From NCBI GenBank assembly GCA_964036045.1, contig OZ038378.1, positions 182,156,001 to 182,220,000 of the forward strand: DNA of 64,000 nucleotides. The letters run 5' to 3'. The position numbers and the translations under genes were made by a program. The notes under the pieces were generated by a model. The model had not been told where the DNA came from. It was given only the letters and a program-made list of their open reading frames with translations, and did no database searches. The DNA is from Eutreptiella sp. 'Long Island Sound 2002'. Taxonomy: Eukaryota; Protista; Euglenida. This document shows, in pieces, positions 12,701 through 25,853 of this stretch. The stretch's first letter is position 1. Every line of letters starts with the position of its first letter.

Positions 12701-15337
12701 CTATGGATAGACCCAATTGCAGATGCAGAGCACGCAAAGGGTCCTCCTCAAAGCCAAATACAAATCGCGTCCCCCCCCCCCCCCCGCATTCAGCAATGGT
12801 TAGTGTGTTCACTTACTTTCTTTTTCATTTTACATTTTCAGTTTACTCAATTTACTCAGTTTTCTCCTTTTGCACAGAAAAAAGTGTTTTGCACTCAGTG
12901 ACATTGGGGACCAAAAGAGTCTTTTTTTCCCCCTGCATGCAACAAAGGGCAGAAAATGAAATGGGCCCTGAGATGGCAGGATTGACCCAGTCAGAACCAA
13001 TGCATGGCCTTCTGTGGCCCCAATACACTTCACTTTGAGCACGGACTCACCCATTTTTTCCCACTCACCGAACACAGGGTACGATTCTGCTGTCGTATGA
13101 GGCCAAACTCTGCTTAGACTATCCACCAATGTTTTGGGTGGGTGGAAGAAATGGTTGCAATGATGCTCGGGGTGTTGCTGTTTCCCTTCCCGCTAGGGGG
13201 CCAAGTTGTGGAAAAGAAACAGGCTACACATTGCCTGACTGGAGCATTGGTACTGCTTGCTTTACTTGAGGTGCATTTACCTGAAGGCTTGGCAGATTGT
13301 TGCAAGTTTGAGGCACATTACTTGTGTGATGTCCTCATTGATTAGATCACCGATGTTGCCCACATTGCACACTTTGCACACTTTGCACATTTTTGGCGGC
13401 ATGCAAATGTGGCCCCAGTCCTTGTTGCGAGGCCATGGGTGTGCAATCGGTATCACAAGACAGTTTTTGAAACCATCAAGGTGTTCGAAGGAATGCAAGG
13501 AGGGAGCAGTGGTGGAGATAGAGTGTAGCCCAAAAATTGCAATTACTGTATCCAACTGTATCCCAAGCTCCGGAAGTGTGTATCCCATGTGTATCCCAGC
13601 TTTCAAGTGTGTGTATCGCATGTGTATCCCAACTTTTTATTCATTCGCCCTCAGTGCCCCCGTCCTTCGTTCCCTTGCGGCTCTTCCCCAGACACGATGA
13701 AGCGATTATCTTTGAAGCCGCATCTTACAGCTCCTATGCTTGCATGTGTGGGGGTTGCTCAAGATCTCGTTCCTTTTTGTCATGGTTCTCATGTATCACA
13801 TGTGTATCCCAAGGTTCCAGAGTGTGTATCCTGATTGTATCCCAAAAACAAAAAGTGTGTATCCCACGTTGACGTGGATGCGCACTATCTCCACCTCTGG
13901 AAGGGAGAGCACCCATATATGTTGAGATTATTTCTTGTTTCTTATTTTGGCGGCATGACACAAGATATTTCACCACGATTTTGTCCATGCATATGTGGCT
14001 CATCAATTTCATGATGATACAATCTGTCCCTAAAACAGGCATGACCTCTCCATGATTTAACTAACTTCCGTCAATAAGAGGTTCTGTATCACTCAGTTGG
14101 ACATACATCTTGCCAGGCCACCAAGTGGGCACATTTTCGCCTTTGTTTCGTGCGTGCTAAAGGGCTCACATTGAGTACTTGTTCCGTCCTCGGCGGGGCT
14201 ATTGGAATAGCCGCCGCACATGCTTTTGTTTTACGAGGAGCACATTTACCTCATGCACATCAGATTTCAAAGCCAATGGTGTCGGAGCACAAGGCCGAAT
14301 CAAGCTCAGCTTGCCTTTGCCACTATTAGAACAGCCAAATTTTCTTGTTTGGGTGGAGTGTACCATGAGGCGGGCACTTGCTGGTGATTTGACGGAAACC
14401 ACACCCCTGGTAGTGCATGCATCACACATGCACTTTCTTCTCACACTACCCCAAATCACAGCAGAATGGAGCTTAGCTTATTTGGGATGTGGAGTATAGC
14501 TCCAAAGGTACTATCCACTCTGTCTGGCTGATGAAGCCCAGGTGGTAAGCTTCTTGGAAGCTTTTTCCTTTGTGTAAAATTGGTTAGGCTGCCCTTCCTT
14601 GGGGATTCCAGTGGATTTTAGCCGCTAGAGCCTGGGGGCTTGGGGGGTGGGGGGCAGTTTATTTGGGATTCTAGCTGATGGGAGAAATCAAGTGGATTTT
14701 GCAGGAAATATATTTTTGTCAAATTTTTTTTTGTCAAAAAAGCTCAACCAGAATTTTTTTTAAATTTCTAAAGCGGAACTGGGGTTAACCCCAAGGAAAA
14801 TCTAGGTTAAGTTTAAAATTTACAATTTGTAAAAATATGTCCAGTAGATTTCTTGGAAACTTGTTATTCGTGTAGAAGCTTGGGCAGAAAAGGCCGTCTA
14901 TTTACTGACCATGGACCTAAGGGCAGGCCCAACCACCCCTATTTTTCCCATTTCCTCCGGAAAACTCAAGCCAGTGCATACACCCAGAAGTACCAACAGG
15001 CATTCTTCCCCAGCCTATACCCCCCCCCCCCCGAAACCCCTTCAACCAACCACCTTTTTTCAGCCACAACTCTAGATTAGGGTTACGGTTGGGATACCAA
15101 CCGCTAGTACCAACTATGGCTCCAATGTCAGTAGCTCCGGTGCCCACGGCAACTGCGGCTCAGCCCTAGCTACAACCAACGCAATGTAGGTACCGCCCGC
15201 AAGTCCAGACCGGTCATGGGGATAACTCGCTCAATCGTGGTCCCCATTCCACATACTACACCGAGCAAGCGCTCAAGCAGTTCCTGGAGGTCAACAACTT
15301 GCAGTACCTGCTCACTTGTCATGGATCTGGAGACCAG
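741..15337 (+). CDS. PPP-family (calcineurin-like) Ser/Thr protein phosphatase homolog, partial; join(741..851,1295..1395,1614..1810,2377..2477,4487..4552,6323..6356,8184..8273,12298..12466,15190..15337)
   Basis: Every exon is bounded by AG/GT and the phases join without stops. The PPP motifs appear in order: VIGDIHG (exon 3), FLGDYVDGG (exon 4), LLRGNHE (exon 5), FDSLPLAA...CCHGG (exons 7/8), DLVLGD (equivalent to DLLWSD, exon 8), NRG...FLEVNNLQYLLTCH (exon 9). Exons 1-2 are supported by splice sites and phase only. The start codon and 3' exons are not resolved, and a phase-1 microexon between 6357 and 8183 is possible. Confidence 0.85.
7352..7885. mobile_element. Foldback-type MITE with ~55-bp TIRs and perfect 10-bp TSD, in an intron of the phosphatase gene
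   Basis: TSD CGTCGTGTTC at 7342-7351 and 7886-7895. TIR (T)G(A)GCTGTTTTACTATGCACTCCAAC... / ...GTTGGAGTGCGTAGTAAAACAGCCCT. Internal GTAGTAAC/TTACTACG repeats and a ~50-bp direct repeat (about 7516 and 7683). Confidence 0.9.
13553..13866. repeat. Two clusters of GTGTATCCCA-motif tandem repeats
   Basis: Clusters at about 13553-13632 and 13790-13866. Confidence 0.75.
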
Positions 15338-16985
15338 GTCTTTGTTGCATGTAGCCGAGCCGCCGTTCGTTGGAATCTTAGGGATTGATTACCCCATGGA
15401 AGTTGGAATCCCGCCCAGTTTCTATCACAAAGTTCCGTGTCACCCCCTCCATTACAGTGCTACGTGCCTTTGCCTGATCGTGGTTCATCCATCAGTGTGC
15501 ACACCTCGCTGCCCCGTTTGACTGCACCACTGGGGTTCGGTCATGGAAGTTCTGCACAGCATCTGCCACTTCAAAAAGAAGAAGACGTGGCCTGTCCAAG
15601 TATACTCGACCGAGCCCCCGAGAACCTTTTTTTCTTGAACTTCGCCCAACTCCGCCTCAATTCCCAGAAAATTAGAATTACAATCCTGCAGCTCTGCAAG
15701 CACATATCCCAGGGTGGCACCAGTGCTGGACTTTTCAATGCGCATTGTCTCCAACAGCTCGCCCGTCGCAAATAATTGGTCTGTGTAGCCTTGAGGTCAC
15801 CGAGCTGTTGTTTTTTTACAACAGTGTAGTTTTGTCACTTCTTTTGTTGTGTAGACTTAAGCGAGTGCAATCAGCAAGCACACATGGGTCAGCATGCAGT
15901 TTTAACCTTTGCCTGGTCTCCAGAGAAATTTTTGACCAGTTGCTGACGTCCCGGCATCTCTTTGTAATCCTACTCCAGCACAGGGCAATTGCGTACTACA
16001 ATATTGTGCACTGTGCACAGTTCTCTTTCAGGACTTTTTATGGGGTGAAATACCGTCAAAATCAGGTTCCTGTGATCCAGAAAAGTATGAGTATTTGGGC
16101 GGTCCCCGACTATTTTGAAAATATTTCTTTGTCACATGTTTGTGACCCAAATTGAGCCACACCGTCTTTTTTTCGACTTCTGGCGCTTCGCCAGGACACA
16201 TGCGGCCCAATGTGGGCAGTCATGGATCCTAAAAAAAAAAAAGAATGTGTTTAGACCATCCTCGGGGGGGACTGACGTAGTGCACTCGGGGTGCGGAAAT
16301 CAATGCATGGCAGATCTGAGGTAGCCATGAAAACGCTCGTTTTTTTAGCCAGGCGATTCCAATCTGCTTGGAATGGTTTGTTGTTTGTGCCTGCTGGTGG
16401 TGCTTTTTTCATGCATCAGGGGGGAAATGGGGTTGCTTCTTGGTGAAATCTTGCAAAAGGTGCGCCTTTTTGGCTAATTTAATAGGTTCAGAACCTGCTT
16501 TCCCGGCTGCGTCACCCACGAGCAGTTTCCACTATTAATAGTATTGCTCAATTTGTATGAGGTCAACTACACCTGTCAACACATTATACACCACAATCTG
16601 GGTGGGCATTAGGCAAACAGCGCTGAGTTCCGATTTTTTCACCATCTCAACCTGCAGAACCCATACAAAGCTGCCACCGTTGATTTTTCCTCTCAAATTT
16701 TGTGGAATGCATCTTCATGCAACAAGGTATCATCCGAAAGATTTTTTTGCAGAAACTGAAACTGAAAGCGCTGAGTTTTCTTCTTTCCCCCCCCCCATCT
16801 CACGCATGCTTGCTGCTTGATGCTGCTTGCTTAATCCCCCGCGTGCCAAACGTGTTGCTCCACCCGACCCAAGAAAGGGAGTCTAGTTCATGTTGGTGGG
16901 GGGTAGCAGTCGGGGTAAAGTCACCGAACTGGTGGAACAAACATGGTTTTATAACCCTTTTAGTGTCCAAGGTGCACCTACCAGG

Positions 16986-17268
16986 TTTGGCAAGCAGCAA
17001 GCAACAACGGGAAGCAGCAGCAGCAAGCAAGTAGCAAGCAAGCAACAAGCACGTGCGAAATGGCAAAAATCAGATTTCCGTAGTGGTGGTTCGGATTTGG
17101 CCAAAATTTTGGTGGATGCCACTAATGGGTGTGACTGAAAATCACACAAAGTATGAGCAAGAAACTCAATGGTGGCTGCCGGGAGCAGGTGATGCAAGTG
17201 GCGGACCTAGGTTTCAAAATCTGTCAAAAATGGCCAAAAAATGCTTTTTTTTGTCCAGTTTGGATGCC
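16986..17268 (+). repeat. Dispersed repeat copy 1 (second copy at 18195-18425)
   Basis: Shares ~230 bp with the second copy, including AAATCAGATTTCCGT.GTGGTGGTTCGGATTTGGCCAAAATTTTGGTGGATG...GATGCAAGTGGCGGACCTAGGTTTCAAAATCTGTCAAAAATGGCCAA. Confidence 0.9.
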
Positions 17269-18194
17269 TAGGATGTCCTTGGAGGGGGCCATTGGCATTG
17301 GAACCAACCTAGATGATGAACAAACACGTTGGATAATTGGGTGATGGGTTTTGCACTTGAAGAGTGGGCTCAACACCCACCTTTTGGGCCCGAAATACCA
17401 CAAAACTAGCCTTGAAAAGCACCCTTTTTTTGCATATTTTTTGTGGTTCCACCTTCCTGTGTTGTGTTTGACCGCAATGGAATGTGTTGGGCGCCCGTGC
17501 AGTGATAAATAATGATGAAGGGGATCGCTTGCAAGTCATTTTATCGCTGTCAATACCCTTCAATGCCTCTTTTTTGGCATCGTTGAGTGGTGGGGCGTAC
17601 ACGGCGCACGTGCTAGGGTAGGTTTGTGGGGGTCACATGTAGGTCCAAAACTGGTCGAAAGTGATGTTTTCCAAAGTTGATTTTTTTCCAGTGTTGTTGG
17701 TAGACCACTTGTGGTGCTCAAACAAGTGGCTAAGGCCATTTTACACCATCTTTGACCCATATTAGCCCATGCAAGTTCCTAAAAGGCCGGGATTGACACC
17801 GCAGTAAAGGAGGTGGTGATGGGGGAGGAATGCGCGCGGAATACTCGCAGACCCCCCCCCCCTTTGGGTTCCATAGTCTCTACCTGTTTTTACGTCGGCA
17901 AGTGGTTTTCGCTTCACCGCGATCCCATTGATGTTTGCCGCATGGTTTCCACTGATAGTATTTTTTTCGTAGGGTTGGAGTAGAATAGTAGAAGAGTCCG
18001 TTGGGTTCCATGAATGCTACTTCGTATTTTGCATGGCACAATTGGGCAGTGGGTTTACTAGAATTATGTAGGGTAGGTCGATGTGTCAATTGTGTTCTAC
18101 ATTTGCATTGCTTATCTCTTGTTTTATGCAATTTTGTTAGTGCCCCCCCCCCCCCCAATACCGAGGCCTTGTGCCACCCGCCCCCCCCTCCCAA

Positions 18195-18425
18195 TTTGGG
18201 CAAGCAGCAAGCACGCGTGCAAAATGGGCAAAAATCAGATTTCCGTCGTGGTGGTTCGGATTTGGCCAAAATTTTGGTGGATGTGGGTGTGAAGGACAGT
18301 GACACAAAGTATTTGCAAGAAACTCAATGGTGGCTGCCAGGACCAGATGATGCAAGTGGCGGACCTAGGTTTCAAAATCTGTCAAAAATGGCCAACAAAT
18401 GCCCTTTTTTGTCTAATTTGGATGG
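18195..18425 (+). repeat. Dispersed repeat copy 2 (direct copy of 16986-17268)
   Basis: Same sequence blocks as copy 1, in the same orientation, about 1.2 kb downstream. Confidence 0.9.
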
Positions 18426-18764
18426 GTTTTCCAAGAATCACTCAAAATCATTTGGGGTGCTCAAATCGTTGGTTTTTTTTGCTATTTTGAGCTATCTTTC
18501 AGCCATTTCCCCCCTTGTTGGGCCCATTTTGCTTGTGTATCTCATGTTCCCTCCCCACCAACTCGGTTCCAATATTCAGCCTTGATTAGGGTTGCCTGCG
18601 TCCCTCCGCTAAATGGGGCATGTGATCTTTCGGTCATGTCCTTCTTGGGTACAGGTAGGGTTATCTGCTCTCCCTCCCAACTAGTGGGTTCAGGTCGGAG
18701 CCTACAATTCAATCCTGTAAGCGCCCCTATGGTTTGATAGGCTCTGCTGCGGCATTTTGCACAG

Positions 18765-18824
18765 GGCAAGCCTCAAAACGGACAACATTTGCGGATCAGC
18801 TGCATGGGTGTTGGGCCGCAGAAG
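18765..18824 (+). CDS. Candidate downstream exon of the PPP phosphatase gene (ASLKTDNICGSAAWVLGRR)
   Basis: It has a TTTTGCACAG acceptor and a GT donor at 18825, and the peptide loosely resembles the terminal SAxNY-CG region of PPP enzymes. It needs an unidentified phase 0-to-2 exon in between; one candidate is about 15875-15914, QAHMGQHAVLTFA. Confidence 0.25.
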
Positions 18825-19439
18825 GTCCCACTTGCGGTATTTGCACACACCCTTTCCCCCCTTTCTCCCTCTGCTTTCCCTGTGCACTCGCCCATCGTCA
18901 GGAGCAGTCGTCGAATTTCGGATCGAAATCCCGGAAACCAGTGTTCAATAGCGTTCTGCCGCATGCCGACACTTGCCCCGAAAGTTCCTGACACCTGCCA
19001 CCACAGCCAGCAAGCTGCTTTTCAGCCGCAAACCCCTGCCGGGTTGAATCTATTTGAGCACGTGCAGTCTCCAGTCCAACATTCTCACACTTTCATGTTC
19101 ATGAGATCAACTAGGCTGTGTGTGTGACTGTCCAGGCCCAATTAATGAGTCATCCTACAGGAGGAGGGGGCAGGGGGGATCCTCCGATGGTAGGGGTTTG
19201 CGGTGCACATATACAAAGTACAGCGGGCGTTAGAGCTCCGCGTAAGAAGCGGTGGGGATGAGAGGGTTTGGGTCGGTAAGCGGTCAGCTCATCCACGCAC
19301 AACACACTCATGATCCTTATCACACTCTCACGCAGAATCACACTCCCACTCCCACTCCCAATCCCACGCCCACTTTCACTCACACACACTCTCTTGCACT
19401 TGGACTCTCGCTCTCACTCACTCACTTACCCATTGACTC

Positions 19440-22140
19440 AAACACAGACATGCGCATGTGCGCAGCTGGCATGGCATCCACTTATGTTAACAGCCGGATA
19501 TGCATTTGGATAGACTCATGCACACGTAGTTAGAGCCTCATGAACACTGATGTTCACGCACGCATAGTGGGAGCCTGGGATGTGGGTGGTGCAGGTGACA
19601 ACGCGCCACTGCACCACCAGGGCCCAGCACACACGGTTGCAACGGCATCGGCAAGGCCACCCACAGGGGGCGCACAGCCGCAATCCTTACACTGACACCC
19701 CTCCCAACATTTTGCCACCCGGGGGGCTGGCGGAGTGGGGGTGGGGGGTGGCCAAATACGGAATGGCTCAGGCAGAGGCTAGAGTTCACCACCCCTCAGC
19801 ATCCCCAAAGCGTAGCAGAGACGGCACGGGATGCATCGTCGGGTCTGTGTTGACAGCCTGCGCTCTGCTTCGGCCACCCGGAAGCATGCTCTCGTTGACA
19901 CTGATCGCGATGAAGCACGCATCCGTGCAGCCTCGTTGTCACTGATGCTCATGAACACACACACACACACACACACACAGCCACGCACACACAGACACAA
20001 ACAAAACACAGCCTCAGTGCCTTGAGCGCAGATGTACAGCATGCACTTCATTTCAAAGCCTCCTATCAATTCATATGTCGTGCACAACCCATTCCCGCAT
20101 ATTTGCAGTCTCATTGACACTGATCCTCGTGTCAATCCATTAACAGCTGCATATCAAATAATGCAGTCTCACATCGGTGCGCATATTGACCGTGTACATA
20201 TGTGTGGATGAGTTTTTATGGACTGATAGGAGGCTGTTAATAGGTGCATCCTTGTGCATGAGCATCAATGAGGCTGTGCAAACGCATGCATGAGGCTGCA
20301 TGGGTTGGTGCTGTTGACATGCTTGCAGAAGACTTGCAGAAGAGGCCATAAACCTGCATGCATTGGCATTAATGCTCATGCACGCATACAGACAGCCTCA
20401 TTGACATTGACGCTGCACGCATATCTCTCGGGGACGTTCGGAAACATGCCAACATGGAATGTTTTCAAGGGTTGGAGCCATTATCATCTCATTTGTGGCC
20501 ACTGAGTGCCCCTTAGGTAGGGGGGGTATGTGGGATATATTTGGAAAGCCCTGCAAAGGGGCTTTTCGGAGATGTATGGGTCAGGGCGGAGGTCCGGAAC
20601 CATATTTCTTCGAAAATGGGCCGATACCTTTGATGGTTTGGGTTTTTTTTTGCCTTTTCTGGTCAGGTTTCAGGCAGACTGCACTGCATCCCTACCCCCG
20701 TTACCGGGTGCGCTTTGGGGGTAGAGGTAGCCCCCCCCTTTTGGGGGTTTGGGAAGTTCAAAAAATTATGTTTCGGGGAAGGTAGGGACAGTGGGAGAGC
20801 TGTACCAGGGCAAAATTGTGAAAAAATGGGGTAGGCCATCACTGTTGATAGGATTCTACCCGGAGTGGGAAAAAATAGCCACTTTACCCTTTCGCCAATC
20901 CCTACGCTTTAGCCCCCCCATACCATGGAAATTGGAAACATTTCCCTTCCTTTTGCTCATTTTCATCATTCACAGTCACTTTAGGGGTGAATACTGGCTC
21001 ACATCACCAATTTTGTCCCGAAGTTGCCTATTTTCAGCAATCTGCGTAGGATGATGTCATGCCCTATTGTTAGTCCTTCCAACCCCTTACCCACCCCTGC
21101 CCATCTAAACACCTTCCAAGGGATGTTGTATTGAGTTCCCCACCCTCAAACTTAGGGGGAAGGGTCCTTATTTCCACACATCAAAGCGAGACTTGCAAAA
21201 TTTCCCAAAAAGTGCCCAAACGCTCCGCTTTGGCATAGAACCGATGTCCCCGAGAGATATGTACAGCCTTGCTAACACTGATGCTCATGCACGCAACAAT
21301 GTAGCTCATGCACACATACATACAGCCTCCTGGACACTCATGCCCGAACGCAATTTTACAGCCTCATGTACAATGGTGCGCATGCACTTGCATGAACAGC
21401 CTCATGCCCATTGAGGCTGAATATATGCGACATATGAGTGAAAGGCGCCGCCATGATGCTTAGACTGGGACGCCTTCAGGTCACCGCACCGGCTCGTGCT
21501 ATTTCGCTGCTGTGGGCCGTCATGCACCATGGGGATGTCGAGCGGCACCAAAGCTTGCCTGCATCTCGTCCTCCTCCTCCTTTGAATCATATATGTGATG
21601 TATGTTGATATGGGGGTTTCATTTTGTTTTACTTTTTTGGTTACTCGTACATGTTGAACCAATTCGTTGCGAAGTTTGCAGTGGCTTATATCAGCGCAGC
21701 AGTTGCCGCCTCTACTGTGTGCCTCTACTCTTTTTGGCTATGGCAGTTCAGTAGCTAACGATCTGCAACTTTCTGGGGAAGTTATACCCTGAGCAACGCT
21801 TCAAATTTCAGACTGTTGTTGGTGGGGCTCGCCGCTAAAGCCTCAACAACAGTTGGAAACTCACGTGTTGCAACATTTGCTGTTCCACTCTGCAGCAACG
21901 ATGCCAGTTTACATGTACTTTCTCGACTGATAGAAGTGCATCCATGCCTATGCCGCTGTATGTATGCCTGCGTGAGCATCATTTGCGACAGGACTGTAAA
22001 CATGTATGCATGAACCTGCATTCTTTGATACTGATACTCATGCACTCATATGTACAACCAGATTGGTGCTGTTGGTAATGCATACATATTTTCAGCCTCA
22101 TTACTTATATTTGCAGCGTCATATCAATTCATGCAGATTC
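19440..22140. repeat. Field of degenerate ~30-bp CAGCCTCATTGACACTGATGCTCATGCA motifs in both orientations
   Basis: At least 10 recognisable copies, for example near 19533, 19928, 20105, 20255 (reverse), 20392, 21265, 21322, 21358, 21398 and 22092. Confidence 0.7.
20425..21256. mobile_element. Non-autonomous TIR element, 832 bp, ATAT (or TA) target duplication
   Basis: ATAT|CTCTCGGGGACGTTCGG ... CCGATGTCCCCGAGAG|ATAT. It interrupts the CAGCCTCATT repeat field. Confidence 0.75.
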
Positions 22141-24861
22141 GCGGGCAGTCCAGTTTTACCAGCTGATAGCGCATATGTTGCCCCGCGTTTTTGAACTCCA
22201 GCTCTATGCTAATGCACCACGTGGGCAGATAATACGGATCCTGGGCGTGCTATTGGGCAGGGACTCAGCGATGCATTGCAATGTCTGCTGCCAGGATGAC
22301 TCATGTGCTCCTCAGGCGTTTATATGCGGAGTTGAGTGCGACGTCCAGTTCTTGACCGTAGACATGACCCAGCCAGTGGTGGTCAACAGGCGTTACAGGT
22401 TCGTTGGAGCTTGTGTCACGGAGCACCTGCCCCACAAACCCCGCCCTCACGTATACCCACACTCAGTGACGTCCTCATGCCCCTGCTCAAGTCCGACTTC
22501 ATTGCAGCGAGGGACGAGGGATGGGGCGGGGCCGGGGGGTTACAGGACTTTGACGGGGGCTGGGGGTGGGGTGGGGGGGCAACGAAGGCAACCCAGGATA
22601 CGCTGGCTTGGATTACCAAGAAAGAGGGCAGGCAATAGGACGCATTGGCGCCGTCGTCCTCTTCAGGAACAGGGGACCCCATTACGTACCGTGGAAAAGG
22701 AGGCGGGGGGTTACGCCGAAAACAACCAAAGGAAATCTTGGAACGAAGTTTCACTTCGAAAAACTAGCGAAATTTGTGGTGCGCCAAAGGCCGCCAAGTC
22801 CATGTGCCTGCATCATCGGTGTCCGCACCATGATGCCATTCTGATGCGGGGCCGGGACGTGCATTGCTGTTTGTGACCGATGGTGAACCCATTGTCCCGT
22901 CCCAAACGGGCCATTTCGATGCACTTTGGGAGTCTATGGGGACACGACCGGGGCCCTGGTGGTGGTTCACTGCCTAACACCACCACCCAGACTGTCCACT
23001 GGGCCCGCTTCCCTTGCACTGCATCTGATGCCGACAGACTCTCAGTACTGCATGGTAATCAAGCATGAGGAACCAAATCCTTCCGACGTGATGTGGTGTT
23101 CGTATCTGCACCTGATCTCTCTCATTCCTGCGCAAAGACAATACAATTGCCGTCCGAAATCTCGCGGCAGTGCCGTCGTGCAGCGAAGCCTCCGATTGAT
23201 ACCACTTCCTGTCGGATGGGGCTGGGGGTTGCTGTTTCGGGTGACTGTTTTGACTGGTGCGCGCGAAAGGTTTTGATTTGGATTGCCCAATATGCCACAA
23301 TGCCAATGGCAGCTCGCCCTCCCTCCCTCTGATGACCCGTGCCGCAAATCCATGAAAGGAACCCTTCCGCATGGGACCTGGTATGCTATGTGAGGCCCGC
23401 TCCAACTTGATCCGCCCGGGTGGGGGGGGGGGGCTATGGTAAGGATGGGGCTGATGAAGCTTCTCTTGTGTTGATGACCTGCTCGCCTTTCTTTGAGGCC
23501 AGCTCCAACACGTTTCCGTATGGAGGGGCGGGGCTTTGGGATCCCATGCCAGCTCAGCTTACCCCAGGCCGGGTAGTACATGGGACGGCACCTAATTGCT
23601 GACCGGTCAGACGACGGTGAAGGACATTCCGCAGGGTTGTCAGTAGGAGATGAAGATAGAGGGCAAGCCAAGACGGACAGGCCGAGGAGGGTGGGATGAA
23701 GACGAGGCTTGCCTGCCGTCCGGCCGTGTGGTCTCCTCCTACATCGCTCTCGCTTCTCAGCGGCGCTTCATCGCACTCAGAAAGCCCTGCCAAGCGGTGT
23801 GTTGCATTCTTCTCCTGTGCTGTCCTTTGAGAGACTGGCAACAGAATGACCCCCTCAGTGCAGCACCCCTCGCCACAGCGCACACCGTCACCCAGTGCAC
23901 TGAAGCCCCCCCCCCCCCCGCCCCCCGTGGAGAAAGGTCGGCCCCCCTGGGGGGACCGTAGTTTTTTGGAACCTAGGCTGTCCCTAGTTTAGGGGGGCGG
24001 AGGGGTATGTAGGTGGTTCCCGGGATGGTGGACGCCGTCACGCCGGCTTTCCTCCCCAATGCATGATGTGGTGTTGCATCTTTACATTTCACACGCATGC
24101 TCGCTGTGCCTCTTCTGGCCGAGTGCGTGCCTTCATGTGAACAACCGCTCCTCAACGGCATGCGTTGAAATGGGTTAAACACACCAAGCATGTTTCAGCC
24201 TACCGGGTCCTACCGACATCCTGGGTCGTTTTTGTCATCTTTGATGGGCGCATCACAGTGCAGTAGACTCCCGCAACCCTTCCCTCCATGGCATGTGGTG
24301 CACCCCCCATGGGCTGTGAATCGGTTGTGTGACGGGCCAACTTACCACTGCATCTTGAGCCCAGGGCATCCTTTAGCCCTCTGGCCGTCGTATAGAGGCC
24401 TACTGAGCAAGGCAAAAAACGTCTACACCGATCCGCACTGTGAGCCTGTCTGTATGTGCAGTGGAGACCGACCCACACTATCGCGCCCCCATGTCAACCG
24501 CGAACCGGACCCGACCCTTTCCTACAGCAGCGCCCCTTAGGCCTTGGCTTTGTTGAGTCGTCCAATTCAGTGAACAAAATTCGTTCGTCTGTTGGGAGGA
24601 GGGGGAGAAGGTGCCCAGCCCCACAGGCACCCGGCTGTATTTTGTTGCTGCCTGGAAGGGGAACTCTTCTCGTTCGCGTACAGCATGTTGCCGCACCACT
24701 CAGGACAGCACCACCGGTCAACTGCGTCTAGCCTCCTCGCGGCCCGAACAACACTGCAGCTGCATGGTCCTATGGCTCACGGTCAGGGAAAGCAGATTCC
24801 TCTAGAAGGGGCACAAGGGACAGTCCAATACACGGAATCAGCCCGGGTGGGTGGCTCCGTG

Positions 24862-25160
24862 CCTAGATGCACCCGGGCACTAGGAATTGCGTTGCTTGTT
24901 TCCAGGGGTTATGTTTGGGGTTTGGTCGAGGAAAATGGATGCAAATGAAACACAATGCAATGAAAACAACTGAAAACATAAGTAGATGTCGACGATTCTC
25001 GTTGCCAACCTTAGACTTTTCTGCTGCGTTGTTGTGCGAGAAAATCTGCGCTCGGATTTTAAGAAGCCGGGTGTCGGATCCACTCTGCGCGGAATCACTC
25101 TGCTAGATGAATCCATGGGCCATGGGAACGCGCATTCCTAGTGCCTAGGTGCATCTAAGG
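24862..25160. mobile_element. MITE-like element with ~32-bp imperfect inverted repeats
   Basis: CCTAGATGCACCCGGGCACTAGGAATTGCGTT versus AACGCGCATTCCTAGTGCCTAGGTGCATCTAAGG. I found no clear TSD. Confidence 0.6.
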
Positions 25161-25560
25161 GTGGATATCAACCAACGTGGACCAACCAAGGTGCCTGCAT
25201 ACTAGGCTTGGACGCTTCTTGAAGCTTTGACGAAAAAGAAGCAGTACCTCTGCTTGACCTACTAGAGCTTATGCTGGAGTGTGTGCGGATTTGCGCGATC
25301 CGAAAGAATGTGTCAAGAGGGCTTGAGGAGAACAACTTTGCAAGGAACTTGGTAAAGCCCTCCAGACGCCTTCTAATTGACATTCCGCGAGCACCAGAAC
25401 ACGACAGCCTATTCGAATCATACCATAGCGAACCAAACCAACTGGCTCTACGGGTTTCATGTCCTAAATAAGGCAATAGGTCGGCACCTTACCTTAGTCC
25501 TTACCTTTCACCTCAAAGGTTTCATACCTTTAAAACTCCTTCTAAATTACTTCCACTGAT

Positions 25561-25853
25561 TCGTCCCCTTGTTTGGGGACCCCTGAGAATGCAGGGGTTA
25601 CGTAGCACTTCCGCCCTTTTTTGGGCCCTTGAGAAGGCAAGGGTGAGGCAGCCAATTCTGATTTTGTCCCCTTGTTTGGGGACCCCCGAGAATGCAGGGG
25701 TTGCATAGCACTTCCGCCCTCTTGTGGGCCCCCGAGAAGGCAGGGGTGCGGCAGCCAATTCTGATTTCGTCCCCTTTGTTCGGGGCCCCCCGAGAATGCA
25801 GGGTTTACGTAGCACTTCCGCCCTCTTGTGGGCCCCTGAGAAGGCAAGGGTGC
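25561..25853. repeat. Tandem repeat, ~103-bp period (two ~52-bp subunits), 2.8 copies
   Basis: Repeated GTCCCCTTGTTTGGGGACCCC.GAGAATGCAGGGG..GGGCCCC.GAGAAGGCA.GGGTG. The same GGGGACCC..AAGGCAGGGG family occurs at about 11760-11945, 26255-26295 and 54085-54200. Confidence 0.85.
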
